The notes below the pieces were generated by a model. The model was not told where the DNA came from and ran no database searches. It was given only the letters and a program-made list of their open reading frames with translations. This document shows, piece by piece, positions 18,518 to 27,390 of a DNA stretch of 64,000 bases. The position numbers and the translations under genes were made by a program. The number at the start of each line of letters is the position of its first letter. Position 1 is the stretch's first letter. This stretch comes from Eubacteriales bacterium (GTDB lineage: Bacteria; Bacillota; Clostridia; Oscillospirales; CAG-382): the NCBI GenBank assembly GCA_045598975.1, contig JAZRVE010000062.1:18815-82814 (forward strand), written 5' to 3'.

Positions 18518-18553
18518 AAAAACTCTCTTTACTTTGTGAAAGAGAGTTTTTTT
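18518..18553 (+). terminator. Rho-independent terminator after the uxuA-SDR unit
   Basis: 'aactctcttt' (18521-18530) pairs with 'aaagagagtt' (18539-18548), followed by a T-run. Confidence 0.8.
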
Positions 18554-18698
18554 GTCGTGTCAGACGTTTTGAAAAATACCTCGTAAATCCTTCCCGCTGT
18601 TTACGGATTAGCGCTTGACTTCTCCTTTTGTCTCATTTATAATTGTAATGAGGTTGTGGAACAGACACCTATATAGCCGACGAACGGATGACAAATAC

Positions 18699-19045
18699 AT
18701 GAACTGTGATAACGAAAAACGGATCGCCTATTGCGGTCTCGACTGCGAAACGTGCGACGCGAGACGGGCGACCGTGACGGATGACGACGTTTGCGAAAAA
18801 AAACGGCTGAAATGTGGTCAAAACTAAACGGCGTGACCATCACGAAGGATATGATAAACTGCCTCGGATGCCGTGCGGACGGCGTCAAGACACCGTACTG
18901 CGAGAGTCTGTGCCCCATCCGCAAATGCGCGTCGGCAAAAGGATATGCCTCCTGCGGCGACTGCACGCTCTGGAAACAGTGCGAAACGGTGGGAGCGATC
19001 GTTTCCCATGATCCCGCGGCGGAAAGCAATCTGAAAAACAGATAA
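18699..19045 (+). pseudogene. DUF3795-like Cys-rich protein gene, split by a frameshift in an A8 homopolymer
   Basis: Frame A gives 'MNCDNEKRIAYCGLDCETCDARRATVTDDDVCEKK' and then a stop at 18825-18827. Frame B continues with 'TAEMWSKLNGVTITKDMINCLGCRADGVKTPYCESLCPIRKCASAKGYASCGDCTLWKQC'. Adding one A to the run 'gaaaaaaaac' (~18795-18803) joins both halves into one DUF3795-like ORF. Confidence 0.7.
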
Positions 19046-19160
19046 TACGCGACTTCTTTCAGAAATGTCACACGTATTTTCCCATATGTCACACCGAACG
19101 ATGGCGAAAATCACCCGCTGTATGTAAAATAGAAGCATCAGACATACGGAGGTTTTGATT

Positions 19161-19925
19161 ATGACGATATTGGACGTAAAACACTTGAAAAAAACCTATA
19201 TTTCCCGTTACGGCGGGGCACAGGTGCGTGCGCTGAAAGACGTCACATTCTCGGTGGAAAGCGGCGAGTACGTTGCCATCATGGGCGAATCGGGCTCGGG
19301 AAAAACGACGTTGCTCAACATTCTCGCCTCTTTTGACAAGCCGACCGGCGGCACCGTGCTTCTCGACGGAAAGGACACGGCGACTCTGCGCGATAACGAA
19401 CTTGCTCTGTTTCGCCGGGCGAATCTGGGCTTTGTTTTTCAGGAATTCAATCTGCTCGACACGTTTTCTCTGCGGGATAATATCTATCTGCCGCTCGTGC
19501 TCGACGGCGTGAACATCCGCGAGATCCGCCGCCGTGCGGCGCCCATCACCTTTACGCTCGGCATTTCCGATCTGCTCGACAAATTCCCGTACGAGGTATC
19601 CGGCGGGCAGAAACAGCGTGCGGCCGTAGCGCGGGCGCTTATCACAAATCCTAAACTCATTCTTGCCGACGAGCCGACCGGTGCGCTCGATTCCGCCTCC
19701 TCCTCCGAACTGCTCAAAGTGTTCGGCGAGATCAACCGGAGCGGGCAGACCATCCTAATGGTCACCCATTCCGTCGATGCGGCGTCCCATGCCAACCGCG
19801 TGCTGTTTATCCGGGACGGTGTCATCTTCCATCAGATTTACAGGGGAGACGCCGACAACGAGCAGCTCTATAAGAAAATATCCGACACGCTCACACTGCT
19901 CAAAAACGGGGGTGGTGAGCAATGA
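19161..19925 (+). CDS. ABC transporter ATP-binding protein (BceA/MacB-type)
   Basis: Walker A 'GESGSGKTTLLN', signature 'VSGGQKQRAAVARAL', Walker B 'ILADEPTGALD'. The ATG at 19161 lies 8 nt after 'ggagg'. Confidence 0.92.
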   Translation: MTILDVKHLKKTYISRYGGAQVRALKDVTFSVESGEYVAIMGESGSGKTTLLNILASFDKPTGGTVLLDGKDTATLRDNELALFRRANLGFVFQEFNLLDTFSLRDNIYLPLVLDGVNIREIRRRAAPITFTLGISDLLDKFPYEVSGGQKQRAAVARALITNPKLILADEPTGALDSASSSELLKVFGEINRSGQTILMVTHSVDAASHANRVLFIRDGVIFHQIYRGDADNEQLYKKISDTLTLLKNGGGEQ

Positions 19926-21964
19926 AAAAGGGACTTTGCCAAACGCTTGCCGTCGGGAACATCCGCAAGAATTACCGCTTCTTTATTCCGCGTATTCTTG
20001 CGGAGACCGGGCTTCTTGCCTGCTTTTATATCATTTTCACGCTGGCGTGTGACAGCCGTCTTGCCTCTGTCAAGGGCGGGGATTACCTGCCGACCTTCAT
20101 GTGGATGGGCGCTGTGATCATAGGGCTGCTTTCCGCAATTCTGATGCTGTACACGGGCAGTTTCTTAATGAAACAGCGAAAACGGGAATTCGGGCTGTAC
20201 AGCGTTCTCGGCATGGAAAAGAAGCACGTCTGCCGCGTTCTGTTTCACGAATCGTTTCTGTGCAGTGTCGTGTCGGTCATCCTCGGACTGCTGTGCGGCA
20301 TTCTGTTCTATAAGCTGTGCTCGCTCGGTATCTGCAAACTGCTGAAAGCCGACATCGTCGCCGGCTTCTATTTCATCACGCCGAAGACCGTCATCCCGTC
20401 AGGTCTGATCTTCTTGGGGATAGACGCACTTGTTTTCCTCTTCAATCTTGTCAGCATCCGCAGAACAAAGCCGGTCGATCTGCTTTCCGGTGCGAACGTC
20501 GGTGAAAAAGAGCCGAAGGTGAAATGGCTTCTTTTGGTTCTCGGTGTCGTGTTTCTCGCGGGCGGGTACGCTATCTCTTTGTCGACAAAAAATCCGTTGC
20601 AGGCGATCTTGCTTTTCTTTGCCGCGGTGCTCGCCGTCATGGCAGGAACGTATTTTCTGTATATCGCAGGCAGTATTTTCCTGCTCAAAATCTTGAAAAA
20701 GCGGGACGGCTACTACTATAAACCGGGACACATGACGTCGGTTTCGGGGCTTCTGTACCGCATGAAGCAGAATGCCGTCGGACTTGCCTCGGTGGCGATC
20801 CTTGCGACCGGCGTGCTTGTCATGATCTCGTCCACCTTTTGTCTGTATTCACGGACGGAGGGTGTGCTGAATCAGAACTATCCGCAGGATTTTTATCTGA
20901 CATCCTGTTATGATGACGCAGACGGAACTCTCGTCAGGATTCCGGAAAACGTCATCGAAGATACCGTGCGCACGTCGGCGGAAAACAACGGTCTGAAAGT
21001 AAAAGAAGGATTCTTTGAAGAATTTTTCTACGCCACCTTTCTCCATAAGCCGGGACAACTGATAACCGACCGCGAAGCGATCGATAGGGACATGGATATT
21101 TCGGAGCTCTGCAATATCACCTTTATTACGGAGGAAATGTACGTAAAGCTCGGCGGTGAACCGCTCGGATTACGGGATAACGAGGTCGCCGTGTCTCCGT
21201 TCAATGTAACGGCGGACTTTGCGGACGAAACGTTTTCCCTCGGCGGTAAAACGTATACGGTCGCGAAAAAACTGATGATTTTTCCGGTCAGAACGGCGCT
21301 CATCTCGGTAAACTGCTTCGGCTTCGTGGTGGCGGACGACAGCGCGTTTTCGGATATTTTCGCTTTTCAGAAAGAAGCATACGGCGAAGACGCTTCGGCA
21401 TTACAGTGCCGGTACAGCGTTACCTTTACGGATCGCGGCAGGGCGCTTGACGCCGGTCACGCTTTTGCCGGTGACGTCATAGCCGCTCTTTCGGACGCCG
21501 TCGGCTCACAGGCATACGCCGATGCCGCTTATCGGGATTACGATTCGGTGTGGGATGCCCACGAAAGCCTGTACGGTATGTACGGAACGTTACTGTTCCT
21601 CGGTATCCTTCTCGGTATCGTGTGCCTGTTTGCCACCGTTCTCATCATCTACTACAAGCAGATTTCGGAGGGGTACGAGGACAGGAACCGCTATCAGATC
21701 ATGCAGAAGATCGGCATGACAGAGCGCGAAGTCAAAAAGACCATCCGTTCGCAGATAACGCTCGTGTTCTTTCTGCCGCTCGTTACGGCAGGTGTCCATG
21801 TGGCGTTTGCGTACCCCATTCTGACAAAGCTGATGGAGATATTACTGCTTGACGACGTTTGGCTGTTTGCCAAATGGTGTGCCGTTGTGTACGTGGTCTT
21901 TGCGCTCGTGTATGCGCTCATATATAAACTGACCGCAAAGACCTATTACAAAATCGTTTATTAG
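19922..21964 (+). CDS. FtsX-domain ABC permease, BceB-type (10-TM with a large extracellular domain)
   Basis: 680 aa. There are N- and C-terminal clusters of TM helices, with a ~200-aa soluble insert (about residues 310-520). It overlaps the ATPase stop by 4 nt. Confidence 0.85.
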   Translation: MKKGLCQTLAVGNIRKNYRFFIPRILAETGLLACFYIIFTLACDSRLASVKGGDYLPTFMWMGAVIIGLLSAILMLYTGSFLMKQRKREFGLYSVLGMEKKHVCRVLFHESFLCSVVSVILGLLCGILFYKLCSLGICKLLKADIVAGFYFITPKTVIPSGLIFLGIDALVFLFNLVSIRRTKPVDLLSGANVGEKEPKVKWLLLVLGVVFLAGGYAISLSTKNPLQAILLFFAAVLAVMAGTYFLYIAGSIFLLKILKKRDGYYYKPGHMTSVSGLLYRMKQNAVGLASVAILATGVLVMISSTFCLYSRTEGVLNQNYPQDFYLTSCYDDADGTLVRIPENVIEDTVRTSAENNGLKVKEGFFEEFFYATFLHKPGQLITDREAIDRDMDISELCNITFITEEMYVKLGGEPLGLRDNEVAVSPFNVTADFADETFSLGGKTYTVAKKLMIFPVRTALISVNCFGFVVADDSAFSDIFAFQKEAYGEDASALQCRYSVTFTDRGRALDAGHAFAGDVIAALSDAVGSQAYADAAYRDYDSVWDAHESLYGMYGTLLFLGILLGIVCLFATVLIIYYKQISEGYEDRNRYQIMQKIGMTEREVKKTIRSQITLVFFLPLVTAGVHVAFAYPILTKLMEILLLDDVWLFAKWCAVVYVVFALVYALIYKLTAKTYYKIVY

Positions 21965-22025
21965 TATCAATCAAGGCAACCGCCCGCACATCGGGCGGCT
22001 TTGCCCGTATACGGAGGTGTGAGCC

Positions 22026-22697
22026 ATGTACCGTATTCTGATCGTCGAGGACGATACGGCGCTTGCCGACGCCATGAAAAAGCAGTTGGAGCCCTATGGC
22101 AATGAGATCGTGACGGCGGGGGATTTCAAGGATATAGCGGGGGAGTTCCGCCGCTGTATGCCGCAGCTCGTTCTGTTAGATATCATGCTGCCGTTTTATA
22201 CCGGCTTCTACTGGTGCGGCGAGATACGGAAATTCTCCACCGTGCCCATCGTGTTTCTCTCGTCGGCGTCCGACAATATGAATATCGTGACTGCCATCAA
22301 CATGGGTGGCGACGATTTTATCGCGAAGCCGGTCGATCCGATGGTGCTCTCGGCAAAGGTGCAGGCGATCCTGCGGCGGACGTATGAGCTCGGAGAAAGC
22401 GCCCCCATCCTGACGTGTCACGGTGCGGTGCTGAACCTGAACGATGCCTCGCTCGGTTATGGCGATCAGCGCGTCGAGCTTACCAAAAACGAATTTCGTA
22501 TCTTGCAGGTGTTGTTCGAGAATAAGGGAAAGATCGTCAGCCGGGACGTTCTGATGACCAAACTGTGGCAGAGCGATCTCTACGTCGAAGAAAACACGCT
22601 GACGGTAAACGTGGGAAGACTCCGCAAGAAATTGGAATCCGTCGGGCTGTGCGATCTGATCGTGACCAAAGCGGGAAGCGGGTATATGGCGCAATGA
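22026..22697 (+). CDS. OmpR-family response regulator (BceR-like)
   Basis: 'ILIVEDD...LVLLDIMLP' is a receiver domain. The C-terminal winged helix is 'LTKNEFRILQVLFENKGKIVSRDVLM...TLTVNVGRLRKKL'. Confidence 0.92.
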   Translation: MYRILIVEDDTALADAMKKQLEPYGNEIVTAGDFKDIAGEFRRCMPQLVLLDIMLPFYTGFYWCGEIRKFSTVPIVFLSSASDNMNIVTAINMGGDDFIAKPVDPMVLSAKVQAILRRTYELGESAPILTCHGAVLNLNDASLGYGDQRVELTKNEFRILQVLFENKGKIVSRDVLMTKLWQSDLYVEENTLTVNVGRLRKKLESVGLCDLIVTKAGSGYMAQ

Positions 22698-23695
22698 AGC
22701 GGAGTAAGGAAGTGTTTTTCGACGCACTGAAAAAAAGCAGGGCTGTGATGGCGGTGACCGCCGTTATATTTGCGGGAGCCGGCGGCGTGTTTTATCTGTA
22801 CCGGCTGCCGATCGAACCGTTCGCGTACGTTGCCGTCATCGTCGTCATTCTGGAGCTTGTCGCTTTTGCCGTGTTTTTCGAAAGCGAAAGGAAAAAAGCG
22901 GAAAAGCGTGAGCATATGCGGCAGTCGGTGCTTACGGAAGACGCCCTGCCGCAAGCGTATTCGCTTGCGGAAAAGGATTACGGCGAAGTCATCCGATCAC
23001 TCAAAGAGGAAATGCTCGCGATCAAGAACGAATACGACGTGCAGAGGCAGGATGAGATCGACTATTATACGGCATGGGTACATCAGATCAAAACGCCTAT
23101 CGCCGTCATGCGTATGGAACTCGGAAACGGGGAACAGCCGGAAAACCGGCGCGTTTTTGAAACGGAGCTGTTTCGTATGGAGCAGTACGTGGATATGGTC
23201 TTGCAGTATATCCGGCTCGGAGGCGGCAGTCACGATCTCGTCATCCGGGAATATGCGCTTGACGATCTTGTCCGCGAAACCGTCCGCAAATTTGCGCCGC
23301 AGTTCGTGGCAAAACGGCTTCGCCTTTCCTACGACGGTGTGACCGGTATCGTCGTCACGGATAAGAAGTGGTTTTCCTGCATATTGGAACAGATCGTTTC
23401 CAACGCCATCAAGTACACGCAGGCAGGCGGGGAGATCGGCATCGTGCGTAAGGCGGATTCTCTTGTTATTTCCGATACCGGCATCGGCATTGCCGCCGAG
23501 GATGTGCCGCGCATCTTTGAAAAGGGTTTCACCGGCGAGAACGGGCGCATAGAAAAGCGGTCGAGCGGGCTCGGACTGTATCTGTGCAAAAAAGCGGCAG
23601 ACCTGCTTGGCGTGCGGCTTTCCGTGGAAAGCAAAGTCGGTGAGGGAAGCGCCTTCGCGGTAGAAATGAAAGAGATGTTCAAAGAATCGTTATAA
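22694..23695 (+). CDS. Intramembrane-sensing histidine kinase (BceS-like)
   Basis: Two N-terminal TM helices with almost no extracellular loop. H-box 'WVHQIKTPI', N-box 'QIVSNAIKYT', G-boxes 'DTGIGI' and 'GLGLYLC'. The ATG at 22694 overlaps the response-regulator stop. Confidence 0.9.
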   Translation: MKRSKEVFFDALKKSRAVMAVTAVIFAGAGGVFYLYRLPIEPFAYVAVIVVILELVAFAVFFESERKKAEKREHMRQSVLTEDALPQAYSLAEKDYGEVIRSLKEEMLAIKNEYDVQRQDEIDYYTAWVHQIKTPIAVMRMELGNGEQPENRRVFETELFRMEQYVDMVLQYIRLGGGSHDLVIREYALDDLVRETVRKFAPQFVAKRLRLSYDGVTGIVVTDKKWFSCILEQIVSNAIKYTQAGGEIGIVRKADSLVISDTGIGIAAEDVPRIFEKGFTGENGRIEKRSSGLGLYLCKKAADLLGVRLSVESKVGEGSAFAVEMKEMFKESL

Positions 23696-23710
23696 AGGAG
23701 TACACGGAGG

Positions 23711-24064
23711 ATGACGATTGACGACGCCTTGCATCATCTTCAAAAATCAGCGTTCAGAGCCAAGTTTCATCTGAAAAAGCGGGAAAAGGATTACGTCCGG
23801 GAAAAGGGCATGAGCACCGTGCGCCGTCATGCGGGGGACTTTGTGAAAACGAGGCTCGCTCCGGCATATATCCCCAATGACGGGAAACAGACGCCCATGC
23901 GGGGACACCCGGTGTTTGTTGCTCAGCACGCGACCGCTTGTTGCTGCCGTGGCTGCCTTAAAAAATGGTATAAGGTTCCCGAAGGGAAGGAACTGACCGA
24001 GGAGCAGCAGAAAAGAATAGTCAACCTCTTGATGGCATGGATCGAAAAAGAGATGGATCCATGA
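23711..24064 (+). CDS. DUF4186 domain protein
   Basis: 'HPVFVAQHATACCCRGCLKKWYKVPEGKELTEEQQKRIVNLLMAWI' matches the conserved DUF4186 Cys cluster as I remember it. Confidence 0.7.
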   Translation: MTIDDALHHLQKSAFRAKFHLKKREKDYVREKGMSTVRRHAGDFVKTRLAPAYIPNDGKQTPMRGHPVFVAQHATACCCRGCLKKWYKVPEGKELTEEQQKRIVNLLMAWIEKEMDP

Positions 24065-24110
24065 TCTTCGCCGCACGCAAGTGCGGGAACTGTAAACCAC
24101 AAAGAACAAA

Positions 24111-24154
24111 GACCGCGTCAAAGGCATATGACCCGTGACGCGGTCTTGCTTTTT
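24111..24154. terminator. Bidirectional terminator between DUF4186 and the convergent luxS
   Basis: 'gaccgcgtca' (24111-24120) pairs perfectly with 'tgacgcggtc' (24136-24145). 'ttgcttttt' lies downstream and an A-rich run upstream. Confidence 0.8.
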
Positions 24155-24163
24155 GGAGAAAGG

Positions 24164-24664
24164 CTATTTTTCGAGTACGGTCAGATATCCTTCGGCGCGC
24201 TTTTTTGCCGCGTCGGGATCCATGTCGGAATAGTTGCCGCATTCTTCCGGTGAAGCGCCGGGGACCTTGCCTTCGAAGCCGGTAATAAAGCGGAAGGTGT
24301 CCCGCATGAGCGTGATGACGTCGGAAAGAGCCGGCGCACCGGACAGAATGAGATAAAAGCCGGTACGGCAACCCATGGGACCCCAGTAGATGACGCGGTG
24401 CGCGACGTCGGCGCGGTTTCTGAGATAGGTAGCCCCGAGGTGCTCGATGGCGTGTATCTCCGACGTGCTCATGACAGGCTCAAAGTTTGGGCGCGTCATG
24501 CGGATATCGTAGGTGGTGACGGGGCAGAGGGCATCCTGCCCGCCGTCCTGCGGTGCAAAGAGGGAAGACGTGGCGTCCGCGGCGTTTGCGTAGTCGGTAC
24601 GGCTAACGTAGACGCCCGGCAAAAGCGTCATGTGATCGACGGAAAAACTTTTGATTCGTTCCAT
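24164..24664 (-). CDS. luxS: S-ribosylhomocysteine lyase (AI-2 synthase)
   Basis: 'MERIKSFSVDHMTLLPGVYVSR', the metal site 'HAIEHL' (HxxEH) and 'GPMGCRTGFY'. The ORF was trimmed to the ATG at 24664. Confidence 0.92.
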   Translation of the reverse strand: MERIKSFSVDHMTLLPGVYVSRTDYANAADATSSLFAPQDGGQDALCPVTTYDIRMTRPNFEPVMSTSEIHAIEHLGATYLRNRADVAHRVIYWGPMGCRTGFYLILSGAPALSDVITLMRDTFRFITGFEGKVPGASPEECGNYSDMDPDAAKKRAEGYLTVLEK

Positions 24665-24969
24665 GTGTGTGACCTTTCTTTTGACTTGAAATGATGTATA
24701 TAAGTTTATTCTTTCGGCAACTCCCAAACGGTACCGCTTTTGCATTTGTTTTCCGTGTATAATCTTATATTGAGTATAGCACATTTTTTGCGGGTTTGCA
24801 AGTTTTTTGCGCTGATTTCAGATACGCCCATGTTTCAATAATTTTTAGTGATAGAAGCACGCAGTCGGTGACGAAACAAGTATCACGACGGCTTTCGACA
24901 GTGTTTTGTTTAATATTGCAACTTATGCCTTATGAAATGTAAAAAAACAGATAAAAAAGCATTTTTCTA

Positions 24970-24997
24970 TTGCATATTCCGAAGAATATGATATAAT
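24970..24997 (+). promoter_or_regulatory. Strong sigma-A-type promoter with extended -10, candidate promoter of the polysaccharide operon
   Basis: TTGCAT (24970-24975), 16 nt, then TGaTATAAT (TG at 24989-24990, TATAAT at 24992-24997). It sits in an AT-rich 400-nt intergenic region and leaves a ~190-nt leader before the first CDS. Confidence 0.6.
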
Positions 24998-25196
24998 TAT
25001 ACTGTGTGTTTTTGCGCAGTCCCGGTATGAGGGCGAGGCACAAACGGCAGCGGTAAAAAGCCGTGAAAGGTATTGTCAAGGGGAAGCAGAGCACCCGGTT
25101 GTACACCGAATGATATTTTCTGGATATTGCCGGTCTTTGACGATATAAAAAACAGCCGAAACCTTTTTATTGATTTGCACATCGGAGGAAAACAAG

Positions 25197-26414
25197 TTGA
25201 AAACAGTCAGTGTCATCGGCATGGGCTATATCGGACTGCCTACTGCCATGATGTTTGCATCGCAGGGGGTGCCGGTCATCGGAACAGACTGCAATGCGAA
25301 GCGGATCCGTTCATTGCAGGAAGGAAATCTCCCGATAGACGAGGACGGCATGGACGAGCTTTTTAAGAAGGCGAGCGCCCACGGCATTCGCTTTTCGGAG
25401 AAAGTCGAGGTCGCTGACGTTTATATCATCGCCGTTCCGACGCCGTATGATAAAGAAACGAAAAAAATCGACCCGTCCATGGTGGTTTCCGCTTTCAAGA
25501 GCGTTTTGGAGGTTTGCCCCGAAAACGCGGTGCTCATCTTGGAATCGACGGTCTCGCCCGGAACGGTGGATAAATACGTCCGTCCGCTCATCGCGGAGCA
25601 CCCGGAGAAAAAAGTGAATCTCGCTCACGCACCGGAGCGCATCATTCCCGGCAATATGGTTTATGAGCTTTGGAATAATGCAAGAACGATAGGGGCGGAC
25701 GATCCCGCTGTCGGCGAGAGCATCAAAGAACTGTATCGGAATATCTGCAAGGGCGGGATCACGGTAACGGATATCCGCACGGCGGAAATGACGAAGGTCA
25801 TCGAGAATACCTATCGGGATATCAATATCGCCTTTGCCAATGAAGTGTTGAAGCTCTGCAATGCGGCGGGTATAGACGCTTATGAGATCATCCGCATCGC
25901 CAACAAGCACCCGAGAGTCAACATTCTCTCTCCCGGGCCCGGTGTCGGCGGACACTGCATATCGGTCGATCCGTGGTTTCTGGTCGGCGATTTCCCGGAA
26001 TATACCGATCTGATAAGACAGGCACGGATTATCAACGACGGAATGCCGGAATACGTTTTACAACGTATCAAAGAAGTCATGAAGCGGGAAGGACTTGCGG
26101 ATTTCGGAAAAGTCGGCTTGTACGGACTGACGTACAAGGAAAACGTGAACGACACGAGAGAAAGTCCGACACTTCAACTTCTTGCACGCATGAAAAAGCA
26201 TTCGGTCGGCGGCATCAAAGTGTATGATCCTTTCGTCAGAGAGAAGATCGCGGAGCATCAGTACTTTGATTTACAGTCGTTCTTAAACGACGTCGATATG
26301 GTCGTCATCATGGTGGGACATGATGAGATCAAACAGCATTATGATTTGATAAAACAAAAAACCGTTCTTGACACAAGACATATTTGTCCGATAGACGGTA
26401 CATATTATCTTTGA
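25197..26414 (+). CDS. Nucleotide-sugar 6-dehydrogenase, UDP-N-acetyl-D-mannosamine (WecC/Cap5O)-like
   Basis: 'VSVIGMGYIGLPTAMMFASQG' is the NAD-binding motif; also 'ESTVSPGT' and 'AHAPERIIPGN'. I chose the TTG start at 25197, 8 nt after 'ggagg'; the ORF track opens at 25170. Substrate assignment (ManNAc versus GlcNAc) is tentative. Confidence 0.8.
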   Translation: MKTVSVIGMGYIGLPTAMMFASQGVPVIGTDCNAKRIRSLQEGNLPIDEDGMDELFKKASAHGIRFSEKVEVADVYIIAVPTPYDKETKKIDPSMVVSAFKSVLEVCPENAVLILESTVSPGTVDKYVRPLIAEHPEKKVNLAHAPERIIPGNMVYELWNNARTIGADDPAVGESIKELYRNICKGGITVTDIRTAEMTKVIENTYRDINIAFANEVLKLCNAAGIDAYEIIRIANKHPRVNILSPGPGVGGHCISVDPWFLVGDFPEYTDLIRQARIINDGMPEYVLQRIKEVMKREGLADFGKVGLYGLTYKENVNDTRESPTLQLLARMKKHSVGGIKVYDPFVREKIAEHQYFDLQSFLNDVDMVVIMVGHDEIKQHYDLIKQKTVLDTRHICPIDGTYYL

Positions 26415-26432
26415 TTTCAGGAGGGAAAGAAA

Positions 26433-27347
26433 ATGAGTAAGATTTTGGTAACCGGTGGTCTGGGCGTCGTCGGCACGGAGCTTGTCAAAGAGCTTCGCTC
26501 CCGTGGTCATGAGGTGTGGGTGTGCGATCTGCCGCACAATCATCACCCGCAGTATATCCGCTGTGATATCGGTGAGTACAGACAGCTCGAAAGAATTTTT
26601 GAGGCGCATACCTTTGACTATGTCTATAATCTGGCGGCGGAATTCGGTCGCTGGAACGGCGAAGATTATTACGAAAAGGTCTGGCATTCCAATGCCGTCG
26701 GTATGAAAAACGTGTTGAGATTGCAGGAGAAGTACCGTTTCAGACTGATCCATTTTTCTTCCTCCGAGGTCTACGGCGATTATACCGACGTCATGTACGA
26801 GGATGTTCTGGAAAAATGCCCCATCAAGCAGATGAACGACTATGCCATCTCCAAGTGGGTGAATGAATTGCAGATCCATAATTCGGAGCTTATGTTCGGC
26901 ACGGAAACGGTCAGAGTCCGTCTGTTCAACACCTACGGACCCGGCGAATATTTCAGCAACTACCGCAGTGTTATCTGCACCTTTACCTATAAAGCACTTC
27001 ACGATATTCCGTACACGGTCTACACGGGACATCACCGGACGAATACCTACATCACCGACTGCGTCCGTGCGCTCGCTACCATCTGCGAGAACTTCAAGCC
27101 GGGCGAGGTCTATAACATCGCATCGTCCGAGTATTACGATATCAAGACGCTGTCCGACCTGATCTTGAAATATGCGGGAAAGACCGACGCGCTTGTGACG
27201 TACAAGGAGCATGAGCCGCAGACGACCATCGACAAAAAAGTGGATAACAGCAAAGCCGTCCGCGATCTCGGGCTCAAAACGACGGTCGATATCGAAGAGG
27301 GCATCCGCCGCAATGTCGAGTGGATGAAGAAAGTATACTCCGAATGA
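26433..27347 (+). CDS. NAD-dependent nucleotide-sugar epimerase/dehydratase (extended SDR)
   Basis: 'ILVTGGLGVVGTELV' Rossmann motif, with 'SSSEVYG' and 'YAISKW' forming the S/YxxxK triad. The exact reaction is unknown. Confidence 0.8.
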   Translation: MSKILVTGGLGVVGTELVKELRSRGHEVWVCDLPHNHHPQYIRCDIGEYRQLERIFEAHTFDYVYNLAAEFGRWNGEDYYEKVWHSNAVGMKNVLRLQEKYRFRLIHFSSSEVYGDYTDVMYEDVLEKCPIKQMNDYAISKWVNELQIHNSELMFGTETVRVRLFNTYGPGEYFSNYRSVICTFTYKALHDIPYTVYTGHHRTNTYITDCVRALATICENFKPGEVYNIASSEYYDIKTLSDLILKYAGKTDALVTYKEHEPQTTIDKKVDNSKAVRDLGLKTTVDIEEGIRRNVEWMKKVYSE

Positions 27348-27390
27348 TTCGGCGCATGCCTGCGGCAGGCGTTGAAGAGGAAGGTCTGCC

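Noticed and set aside
24164-24664. A functional link between luxS (AI-2) and the adjacent polysaccharide operon.
   Set aside because: luxS is on the opposite strand, has its own terminator and is separated from the operon by a 500-nt promoter region. LuxS is primarily an activated-methyl-cycle enzyme. Adjacency alone is not evidence.
25030-25115. Calling the operon leader a c-di-GMP-I (GEMM-I) riboswitch.
   Set aside because: Only short string resemblances are visible. I could not build the conserved P1/P2/P3 helices or the tetraloop-receptor pair by eye. I kept it as a low-confidence item to scan with Rfam rather than a feature call.
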